Part shown: positions 1-5,045 of the stretch, one piece after another
Position numbering within the stretch: position 1 is the first letter of the stretch
Layout: each line of letters begins with the position of its first letter
Source: a virus
Lineage: Duplodnaviria > Heunggongvirae > Uroviricota > Caudoviricetes
Direction: 5' to 3' (one strand)
IMG/VR virus record: IMGVR_UViG_2698536640_000007
Coordinates: 1-5,140 of that record
Length of the DNA: 5,140 bases
Translations under genes and position numbers: made by a program
The notes under the pieces: generated by a model
Seen by the model: the letters and a program-made list of their open reading frames with translations, nothing else
Told to the model about the DNA's origin: nothing
Database searches by the model: none

Positions 1-348
1 AATTTTGTAAATCTTCACACCCAGCCGACCACCAAGAACAAGCTGACCACGTACAATATTGATTTCATCAAACTGCTCATCGTCCATTAACAACCCCGCA
101 TGCGTAAGCGCATCCAGCGGTGCTTTCAGAATATTGTCCAGGTCACGGCGGCGCTTATCCGGTGGTTCTGCAATAATTTTTATTGCCAACCGTCCGGACA
201 GGCTTAATTTCAAGCGCTGCTGGCGAACAATAAGCGCCACTGCCCGGCGATAACGCTCCCCGGCTTTTGATACAAAATATGTGCTGCCACGGCGTCGCCA
301 GTAAGTGTTCACCGTCGGCGGGTAAGGTAAAACCAAATCTATGAGCAT
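1..348 (-). CDS. rusA: Holliday junction resolvase RusA (crossover junction endodeoxyribonuclease); C-terminus cut by window edge
   Basis: Minus-strand frame from ATG at 348-346 is open to position 1 (116 codons) and translates MLIDLVLPYPPTVNTYWRRRG...DKRRRDLDNILKAPLDALTHAGLLMDDEQFDE..., matching RusA as recalled, including the acidic DxD and DD motifs. SD AAGAGGTG lies 4 nt upstream. The ORF-track entry 155..355 is a different, out-of-frame reading of the same DNA. Confidence 0.8.
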   Translation of the reverse strand, partial: MLIDLVLPYPPTVNTYWRRRGSTYFVSKAGERYRRAVALIVRQQRLKLSLSGRLAIKIIAEPPDKRRRDLDNILKAPLDALTHAGLLMDDEQFDEINIVRGQLVLGGRLGVKIYKI

Positions 349-360
349 CAGTCACCTCTT

Positions 361-1410
361 TTACCCAAGCACGCCAGTTGCAAAGGCGTGATCAAGAAAA
401 CGAAAAATTAAATCAACCTGAGAACCATGCTTTTCTTCGAACGCCAGCGGATCCGCATGAAGCTCGTTGTGATGCTCCCGACACAGCGGTAGCGTGAAAA
501 TATCGTGAGATTTTGTCCCCATTCCGCCCTGACCATGACCAATCAGGTGATGGGGATCGTCGGCTGGCTTACCACAACACGCACACGGCTGTGTCTTCAC
601 CCAGCGTTTGTATTTCTCGTTAACCCAGCGGCGACGTTTAGGTCGTTTCATGAAAGATTCCGGAGACTCAGGATCAACGGCAATGCTGACCACCGTCTTT
701 TCCTGTGGTGAGTTCTGTTGCTGGTGGGCGTGAGGCAGCGGCGCAAGATTTTTTGTGCGCTGTTTCAGGATGCTGGTGGCGGTCTGCTCTCCCGGCACGA
801 TGTCGCTCTCGCGGTATACTGAGCGAATTTTTTCCGCACGTAACCCCAGAGAACGACGTAATGCTGCCTCTGGTAGCGCGTCCGCCACCTGATTGCAGAC
901 CGCCCACCAGGATAATTCAGCCAGCGATAATTCCCGCTCCTGCGTGCCATTCATTGCATGGCGTATGACGTCAATCATCCATGCTGACAAGTTTTGATGA
1001 GCAAGTTGCTCGAGTGATTCGGATGTCTGGTCACGCAGCTGGTTGTCGCAGTGCCAGCACAACACCATTGCGCCGGTACCATAACGGTGAATAACGGTTT
1101 CGCTGTGATGATAATCGCCGTGTGGCCACTGGCAGGATTTAATATGGCGCAACAGCCAGTCAGACAATGCACCAGCACCACCAGCAGCACGAATTACCCG
1201 TGCGTTACTGAAAAACGGCAGCAATGTTTTGTCTTCCACCAGCGGCTGGCGAACGGCAGGAACGACCCCGGACGGCAGATTACGCATGCTTTTCGGTTCC
1301 GGCTCCACCAGTACCCGGGTATTGTGGAATATAGGCATGGATTCACGGCCTGGCTTAAGGACCACCAGCCCGAGTTCCGGAACCAGTACAGGTCGAAGTA
1401 ATACCCGCAC
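361..1410 (-). CDS. ydfU: YdfU-like DUF968 prophage protein with C-terminal Cys/His HNH-like zinc-finger motif (NinG-position gene)
   Basis: 349-aa ORF from the track. Start is GTG at 1410-1408, preceded by GGAGGT (1421-1416); the upstream gene's TAA stop (1414-1412) sits inside this SD. C-terminus carries CACCGKPADDPHHLIGHG...CREHHNELH. Length and position next to rusA match E. coli Qin prophage YdfU as recalled. Confidence 0.8.
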   Translation of the reverse strand: MRVLLRPVLVPELGLVVLKPGRESMPIFHNTRVLVEPEPKSMRNLPSGVVPAVRQPLVEDKTLLPFFSNARVIRAAGGAGALSDWLLRHIKSCQWPHGDYHHSETVIHRYGTGAMVLCWHCDNQLRDQTSESLEQLAHQNLSAWMIDVIRHAMNGTQERELSLAELSWWAVCNQVADALPEAALRRSLGLRAEKIRSVYRESDIVPGEQTATSILKQRTKNLAPLPHAHQQQNSPQEKTVVSIAVDPESPESFMKRPKRRRWVNEKYKRWVKTQPCACCGKPADDPHHLIGHGQGGMGTKSHDIFTLPLCREHHNELHADPLAFEEKHGSQVDLIFRFLDHAFATGVLG

Positions 1411-1411
1411 G

Positions 1412-1690
1412 TTACCTCCAGATGCGTTGCTGGAATGTGCGGGACGGACGCGGTGGGCGTTCAGAGTAAGGAAGCCTGACGGAGATTATCCAGTGACGAT
1501 AATCGAGGCTGAGGGTTTTCCTAAACTCATACCCACGTCTGCGGTAGTTCTGAATCAGCCATTCGGCCTGTTCTTCAGTGCATGGGGCGTGCTGGAACCA
1601 GTCAGATTTGAATGCATGAGAACGCCGCCCGTGCCTGCTGGCAAAGACGGCTGAATTATCAGAATTGTATAATTTGGTATCGTGCGCCAT
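1412..1690 (-). CDS. Hypothetical phage protein, 92 aa (MAHDTKLYNSDNSAVF...)
   Basis: The track ORF 1412..1771 begins at a TTG inside the U-tract of an intrinsic terminator; the only in-frame ATG is at 1690-1688. Stop TAA at 1414-1412 abuts the ydfU-like start. The SD is weak (AGAGA), so the exact start is uncertain. Confidence 0.55.
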   Translation of the reverse strand: MAHDTKLYNSDNSAVFASRHGRRSHAFKSDWFQHAPCTEEQAEWLIQNYRRRGYEFRKTLSLDYRHWIISVRLPYSERPPRPSRTFQQRIWR

Positions 1691-1758
1691 CGGTTGTCTC
1701 TGCTGGCGCAGCAGGTGCCAGTTGTTCAGGCTGGCATGCGAATTGTAAACCAGAATGC

Positions 1759-1790
1759 CAGGAAAAAACAAAACCCGCCGAAGCGGGTTA
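1759..1790 (-). terminator. Rho-independent terminator of the hok transcript (minus strand)
   Basis: On the minus strand: AACCCGC-UUCG-GCGGGUU (7-bp GC-rich stem 1772-1778/1783-1789, 4-nt loop) followed by UUUUGUUUUUUCC. The plus-strand reading has no T-tract, so it is unidirectional. Confidence 0.7.
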
Positions 1791-1791
1791 A

Positions 1792-1808
1792 GTGCGGGTG
1801 CGTTGAGG
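1792..1808 (-). promoter_or_regulatory. fbi-like 3' fold-back element of hok mRNA, complementary to the transcript 5' end
   Basis: Plus 1792-1808 GTGCGGGTGCGTTGAGG is near-identical to the reverse complement of plus 2173-2188 (CTGCGGGTGCTTGAGG): 15 matching positions with one single-base bulge, about 370 nt apart on the same transcript. Confidence 0.6.
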
Positions 1809-1857
1809 ATGCCTGACTCATCAGAGGTGGCGAGGGATTTCTCCCTCGCCAGGTCTC

Positions 1858-2013
1858 TTACTCCTCAGGTTCGTAAGCTGTGAAGACAGCGACCTCCGTC
1901 TGGCCGGTTCGGATTCGTACCTCGCAGAGGTCTTTCCTCGTTACCAGTGCCGTCACAATGACGGTAATACAGATGACGATCAGGGCGATTAACATCGCCT
2001 TTTGCTGCTTCAT
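1858..2013 (-). CDS. hokD: Hok/Gef family type I toxin, 51 aa (MKQQKAMLIALIVICITVIVTALVTRKDLCEVRIRTGQTEVAVFTAYEPEE)
   Basis: Hand translation of the minus strand from ATG 2013-2011 to TAA 1860-1858. SD AAGGAG lies 9 nt upstream. Single transmembrane helix followed by the conserved RKDLCEV...TEVAVF...YE periplasmic tail of Hok/Gef proteins; closest in memory to HokD/RelF and HokC. Absent from the ORF track because it is below the length cut-off. Confidence 0.85.
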   Translation of the reverse strand: MKQQKAMLIALIVICITVIVTALVTRKDLCEVRIRTGQTEVAVFTAYEPEE

Positions 2014-2071
2014 AGCCTGCTTCTCCTTGACCTTTCGGTCCGTAAGAGGCTAACCTACGTGTGTAGAGCAT
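1865..2071 (-). CDS. mok: Mok-like overlapping reading frame (modulator of killing), 68 aa
   Basis: Track ORF that starts 58 nt upstream of hok and overlaps almost all of it in another frame, as mok does in the R1 hok/sok locus. GAGG lies 9 nt upstream of its ATG. Confidence 0.55.
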   Translation of the reverse strand: MLYTRRLASYGPKGQGEAGYEAAKGDVNRPDRHLYYRHCDGTGNEERPLRGTNPNRPDGGRCLHSLRT

Positions 2072-2130
2072 AGATATGGCCTCAGATTAATGTTAAGCGT
2101 CTTGCCGGACGCGTAATGTTAACTGGGGCT
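2060..2130 (+). ncRNA. sok: Predicted Sok-like antisense RNA (coordinates approximate)
   Basis: Inferred from hok/sok architecture: the antisense RNA should be complementary to the hok mRNA leader around the mok start. A candidate plus-strand promoter is TTGACC (2027-2032), 18-nt spacer, TAACCT (2051-2056). I could not define a clear 3' terminator. Confidence 0.3.
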
Positions 2131-2172
2131 TTTCTCTATCTGCCTTTTGGTGTTCATGCCTGAGACAGATAG

Positions 2173-2196
2173 CCTCAAGCACCCGCAGCGATTTTA
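2173..2196 (-). promoter_or_regulatory. hok mRNA 5' end (tac-like element) with candidate -10 hexamer
   Basis: Minus-strand TAAAAT (2196-2191) followed by GCGGGUGCUUGAGGCUAUCUGUCUCA, which resembles the R1 hok mRNA 5' end as recalled and pairs with 1792-1808. The predicted transcription start is about 2184-2186. Confidence 0.45.
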
Positions 2197-2227
2197 CAGA
2201 AATAAGTTATTATTTTCTATCTCACCC

Positions 2228-2254
2228 TTCACTTATCTCATTCCTAGCTATACT
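2228..2254 (+). promoter_or_regulatory. Candidate sigma70 promoter for the 57-aa plus-strand ORF
   Basis: TTCACT (2228-2233), 15-nt spacer, TATACT (2249-2254), about 30 nt upstream of the ORF at 2286. The spacer is short, so this is tentative. Confidence 0.3.
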
Positions 2255-2285
2255 CATCGTTCACACAACATTAAAGGGCATAAAA

Positions 2286-2459
2286 ATGACCGTTCATGGT
2301 ATACAGGAAGGCAGTATTGTTAACTTACGTGAAAAAGATGGGGAATGGCTTGTAGTACAAACTATTAAAAACGACGACCTTACATATCAACTCCGAAATA
2401 CAGATACCAACGAAGAAGTAAACGTCGCACTTCAGGACATTATCTCCCCAAATAAATAA
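2286..2459 (+). CDS. Hypothetical small protein, 57 aa (MTVHGIQEGSIVNLREKDGEWLVVQTIKNDDLTYQLRNTDTNEEVNVALQDIISPNK)
   Basis: ATG at 2286 with SD AAGGG 7 nt upstream and TAA stop at 2457-2459. It is the only plausible plus-strand gene in the window, divergent from hok and convergent with the 114-aa gene. No confident family assignment. Confidence 0.5.
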   Translation: MTVHGIQEGSIVNLREKDGEWLVVQTIKNDDLTYQLRNTDTNEEVNVALQDIISPNK

Positions 2460-2468
2460 TCAAATCAG

Positions 2469-2489
2469 CGGGGCGCACGATACCCCGCA
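2469..2489. terminator. Hairpin between convergent genes (possible terminator)
   Basis: GCGGGG-CGCACGATA-CCCCGC, a 6-bp GC stem. On the minus strand it is followed by the U-rich stretch UGAUUUGAUUAUUUAUUU; on the plus strand the downstream sequence is not T-rich. Confidence 0.3.
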
Positions 2490-2580
2490 CTATTCCACTT
2501 ATCACCCCAGCGGCAAATCGAATACACCACCAGCGCCACCGCCATTGCAATTCCTACCGTTGTTAATGCTTCAGGCCAGG

Positions 2581-2925
2581 TCATCGTAAAATATCCTCCA
2601 CGCTTATCAGTCCGTTCCGCTCCAGATAACTCATCGCCTTATCCGGTAATTTGCAGTCTGGCTTCGCTTTCCTCAGTTGCCAGGTTAACTGCTTTACCAG
2701 CATGGTTAACTCATCGACCAGACGCTGATATCCCACTGGTTTGTATTCATGCAATTTACCGGCTGGCTCTGCTGCCAGCGATACCAGTGCGATTTCCAGA
2801 ACAGCAATATCCATCTTATATGTGCGGATGATGTCATGGTCGATTGTGCCCGGTATGCACAGTCTCTGTGCTTCAATAGTCTCCTCTGCGTGAGCTATTA
2901 ACTGCTCTCTGGTAAAAGTCGTCAT
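2581..2925 (-). CDS. Hypothetical protein, 114 aa, translationally coupled to the upstream HNH endonuclease gene
   Basis: Track ORF. Its ATG (2925-2923) overlaps the HNH gene's TGA (2924-2922) as ATGA; SD AAGGGG lies 7 nt upstream. No family recognised. Confidence 0.7.
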   Translation of the reverse strand: MTTFTREQLIAHAEETIEAQRLCIPGTIDHDIIRTYKMDIAVLEIALVSLAAEPAGKLHEYKPVGYQRLVDELTMLVKQLTWQLRKAKPDCKLPDKAMSYLERNGLISVEDILR

Positions 2926-3287
2926 GCCGTAGCCCCTTCTTGATATTTTTCAAACCAGAACACAACCGGGTCAGATTTCATTTCAACCAATCCCATACGA
3001 ACCAGCGCTTTGCCTTTCCCGGACGCAAGGAATTCACGACGACCATCACTGATAATTCGCCGATAATCTTCCAGACTACTGCAATGCTTGTGCAGATTGC
3101 ATGGGTGGCATGCCGGAACCATGTTGGATATATCGTCACGTTCCTGGTGAAGCATATTTCCATTAAAACGAATGACCGGTTTTACATGGTCTGCATGCCA
3201 CTTTTCGCCAAGTTCGCAGCCGCAATAAGCACAGCGACCACCGAACTTCATGCGCAGTTCTGCGCGTTGTTTTTTCGTCAGTGCCAT
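2922..3287 (-). CDS. HNH endonuclease, 121 aa
   Basis: Start moved to the internal ATG at 3287-3285, which has SD AAGGAAA 8 nt upstream; the track's longer ORF 2922..3377 runs into the preceding gene. Protein [38 protein letters not shown]...[14 protein letters not shown] carries the CxxC...HxxH...CxxC...H pattern of HNH nucleases. Confidence 0.85.
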   Translation of the reverse strand: MALTKKQRAELRMKFGGRCAYCGCELGEKWHADHVKPVIRFNGNMLHQERDDISNMVPACHPCNLHKHCSSLEDYRRIISDGRREFLASGKGKALVRMGLVEMKSDPVVFWFEKYQEGATA

Positions 3288-3288
3288 A

Positions 3289-3519
3289 TCAGCTTTCCTT
3301 ATACGGATTAATTTTATTGTGCAGTGTGTTGAATGACGCACATACCACGTCGTTATACAATTCAATAACTGGCTCAATTATTTTTCCGATTATCCAGACT
3401 AGGATTAACGGGGATATCGGTATCATCAACCCCATCCGTCGGTTGCTGAGTCTCACCCACTGCCAGACGCCAGGAGCGTTTCTACGAACTAACAGAATCT
3501 TTGCTTTACGGTTTTTCAT
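3289..3519 (-). CDS. Hypothetical small protein, 76 aa, basic N-terminus and hydrophobic core (possible membrane protein)
   Basis: ATG at 3519-3517 with a strong SD (AGGAGA, 8-nt spacer). Stop TGA at 3291-3289 is 1 nt from the HNH start. The 3' half lies in AT-rich DNA, so it is less certain as a coding region. Confidence 0.45.
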   Translation of the reverse strand: MKNRKAKILLVRRNAPGVWQWVRLSNRRMGLMIPISPLILVWIIGKIIEPVIELYNDVVCASFNTLHNKINPYKES

Positions 3520-3691
3520 CGCTTTGCTCTCCTGCGTCTCTTTGCTGCTCGTCGTGCCGCTGCAATACCGGTATGGCGGCGCTTTGGTGCCGGGATGATG
3601 TTGTCAGCCATCAGGACATGTGGCTTTGCAATTAGCGCAGAAGCCCAAAAACGAGTCGGGTACGGTAACAAGCCGATACATGCCACACGCA

Positions 3692-4477
3692 TTACTCACC
3701 TCCTTTGATGCGAATGCCAGCAGCGCGTGGCACATTAACTTCCACGATGCGCACTGTTGGTTTGTACATCTCAATCGCTGTCAGCCAGTCAGCTCCTGTC
3801 ATGCGCTTTTCCGCATCGCCATTAGTCCACTTAACCGGTACACCAATAGACTTCATCGCGATTTCTATTTCCCCGGCGATGGCGCTTTTTCCGCAACCAG
3901 TAAAACCAGATACAACGACAAGAACTTCGCCTTTGGCTGGTTTTATTTCCCGTGCTTCCTGCCCTGATTTGCGCAGCAAAACAGCGTACTTTAATGCGTC
4001 CTGGGCTTTCTGAAATTTCAGTGCATAGTCAGTGGCGATTTTCTCCAGTTCAGCAATACGCTTACTCCCATCCGAGATAACACCTTCGTAATACTCACGC
4101 TGCTCGTTGAGTTTTGATTTTGTCTCCTCAAGCTCAACTCTCAGCTTCCCAACCGTAAGCGCAATATCCTCGTTCTCCTGGTCGCGGCGTTTGATGTATT
4201 GCTGGTTTCTTTCCCGTTCATCCAGTAGCGCCAGTACGGTAGCTGGGTTAGCATCTGCTATAAATTCAGCGTTTGCATAAGCCTGAGCATCTGATTCAAT
4301 CAGGCAGTTAACATGACATTCGGCAATCACGCCACCGGGTTCTCCTTTCCATTTTTGACAAACAAAAACTCCTGTTAAATTGCCGTGCTGGTTAACAGAT
4401 GTATGCCCTACGATGTAGCTTCCTTTAGTTGCTTTCTCTGCCTTTTCACGCAGTGCCTGATAGTTAATCTCGCTCAC
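3692..4477 (-). CDS. Ead/Ea22-like prophage protein, 261 aa, with central coiled-coil
   Basis: GTG start at 4477-4475 with SD GGAGG 7 nt upstream, overlapping the upstream TGA as GTGA. N-terminal ...QALREKAEKATKG...AEFIADANPATVLALLDERE... resembles Ea22-family proteins as recalled. The middle is rich in heptad-like charged residues. Confidence 0.6.
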   Translation of the reverse strand: MSEINYQALREKAEKATKGSYIVGHTSVNQHGNLTGVFVCQKWKGEPGGVIAECHVNCLIESDAQAYANAEFIADANPATVLALLDERERNQQYIKRRDQENEDIALTVGKLRVELEETKSKLNEQREYYEGVISDGSKRIAELEKIATDYALKFQKAQDALKYAVLLRKSGQEAREIKPAKGEVLVVVSGFTGCGKSAIAGEIEIAMKSIGVPVKWTNGDAEKRMTGADWLTAIEMYKPTVRIVEVNVPRAAGIRIKGGE

Positions 4478-4698
4478 TCTTCATCCTCCAAGTCGGCAAC
4501 GGCGTCCATCACATCAGAACCGCGAATAACCTCAAAAGCACGGCAGGCCATTTGAAATACCAGTTGCTCTTGCGGGTGAGGAGACTCCCAATATTTGAAG
4601 CCTGGGCGATGCGTGTACCCCATCATTGAATAAAAATCACCAGCAAGCTTAATCGCGGCATCGACAAGCTCTCTGTTAGTCATTCTTTTTCCGCTCAC
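4474..4698 (-). CDS. Hypothetical small phage protein, 74 aa
   Basis: GTG start at 4698-4696 preceded by AGGAGG with a 6-nt spacer; overlaps the upstream TGA as GTGA. An in-frame ATG at 4683 is an alternative start (69 aa). Confidence 0.6.
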   Translation of the reverse strand: MSGKRMTNRELVDAAIKLAGDFYSMMGYTHRPGFKYWESPHPQEQLVFQMACRAFEVIRGSDVMDAVADLEDEE

Positions 4699-5045
4699 TG
4701 GTTGCCTCCTTTGCGAAGCTGGGCGGCTAACTCATCACATATGTGCGTCAAAGAACAAAGTTTGATTGATGGATGTTCGCGCATCATCTCTACCCCCTGC
4801 GCCCGCACTTCAGACAGGAAAGCATCGGTGGCTGGCATATTTCCTGTTGCCTTCATTGCCTCCAAAATAACCAGAACGCCATCTCGCCCAATCTCCTCGC
4901 AGATAACCTCGGTGCTGTCGCCAACAACATCGCAAAATGCCTGAACTGCTTTACGAGCCAGCGCATCTTCCGCCCTGTGAAACGCCTCGCGGTTGAAATT
5001 TTCATATCCCGTCATTGGACCGGCAATATAAACTCTCACCCTCAC
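4695..5045 (-). CDS. DUF4406-like (nucleoside 2-deoxyribosyltransferase-like fold) protein, 116 aa
   Basis: GTG start at 5045-5043 preceded by GGAGGT with a 6-nt spacer. N-terminal MRVRVYIAGPMTGYENFN matches the YIAGPMTG signature I associate with DUF4406/NDT-like proteins; the rest of the protein is not recognisably conserved. Confidence 0.5.
   Translation of the reverse strand: MRVRVYIAGPMTGYENFNREAFHRAEDALARKAVQAFCDVVGDSTEVICEEIGRDGVLVILEAMKATGNMPATDAFLSEVRAQGVEMMREHPSIKLCSLTHICDELAAQLRKGGNQ

Noticed and set aside
59-253. Plus-strand 64-aa ORF
   Set aside because: Antisense to rusA, with no start signals.
155-355. 66-aa minus-strand ORF in the track (MTDAHRFGFTLPADG...)
   Set aside because: It is an out-of-frame reading, from a GTG, of the same DNA that encodes RusA in the adjacent frame from ATG 348. 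The RusA frame has the recognisable protein and a correctly spaced SD.
505-968. Plus-strand ORFs 505..711 and 705..968, and minus-strand ORFs 674..907 and 765..950
   Set aside because: All lie inside the ydfU-like coding region in other frames or on the opposite strand, with no start signals; treated as shadow ORFs.
1051-1654. Plus-strand ORFs 1051..1401 (116 aa) and 1229..1654 (141 aa)
   Set aside because: They are antisense to the ydfU-like and 92-aa genes, have no RBS and show low-complexity Ser/Thr/Arg-rich composition typical of shadow ORFs in GC-rich coding DNA.
1412-1771. Track's 119-aa version of the 92-aa gene
   Set aside because: The extended start is a TTG lying inside the U-tract of the intrinsic terminator, with the stem where an RBS would be. 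The internal ATG at 1690 was preferred.
2096-2112. Plus-strand hairpin GCGTC-TTGCCG-GACGC as a possible sok terminator
   Set aside because: Only a 5-bp stem and not followed by a T-tract, so it was not called as a terminator.
2465-2545. 26-codon minus-strand ORF (MAVALVVYSICRWGDKWNSAGYRAPR) downstream of the 114-aa gene
   Set aside because: It has a weak SD-like GGTAGGA, but it is very short, spans the intergenic hairpin and has nothing else to support it. Left uncalled.
2014-2580. Searched for relE/relB-like genes upstream of hok
   Set aside because: No minus-strand ORF of RelE (about 95 aa) or RelB (about 80 aa) size exists here. The interval is occupied by the hok leader, the mok start and a divergent plus-strand gene.
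2940-3311. Plus-strand 123-aa ORF and minus-strand 61-aa ORF 2978..3163
   Set aside because: Antisense to, or out of frame with, the HNH endonuclease gene, with no independent RBS.
2922-3377. Track's 151-aa version of the HNH gene
   Set aside because: The 30-codon N-terminal extension overlaps the 3' end of ORF76 and lacks an RBS. The ATG at 3287 has an SD and gives a protein of typical HNH size.
3281-3598. Plus-strand 105-aa ORF
   Set aside because: Antisense to ORF76 across the AT-rich stretch, with no SD; not supportable.
3620-4013. Plus-strand ORFs 3620..3967 and 3705..4013
   Set aside because: Antisense to the Ea22-like gene, which has the coherent start signals and recognisable motifs.
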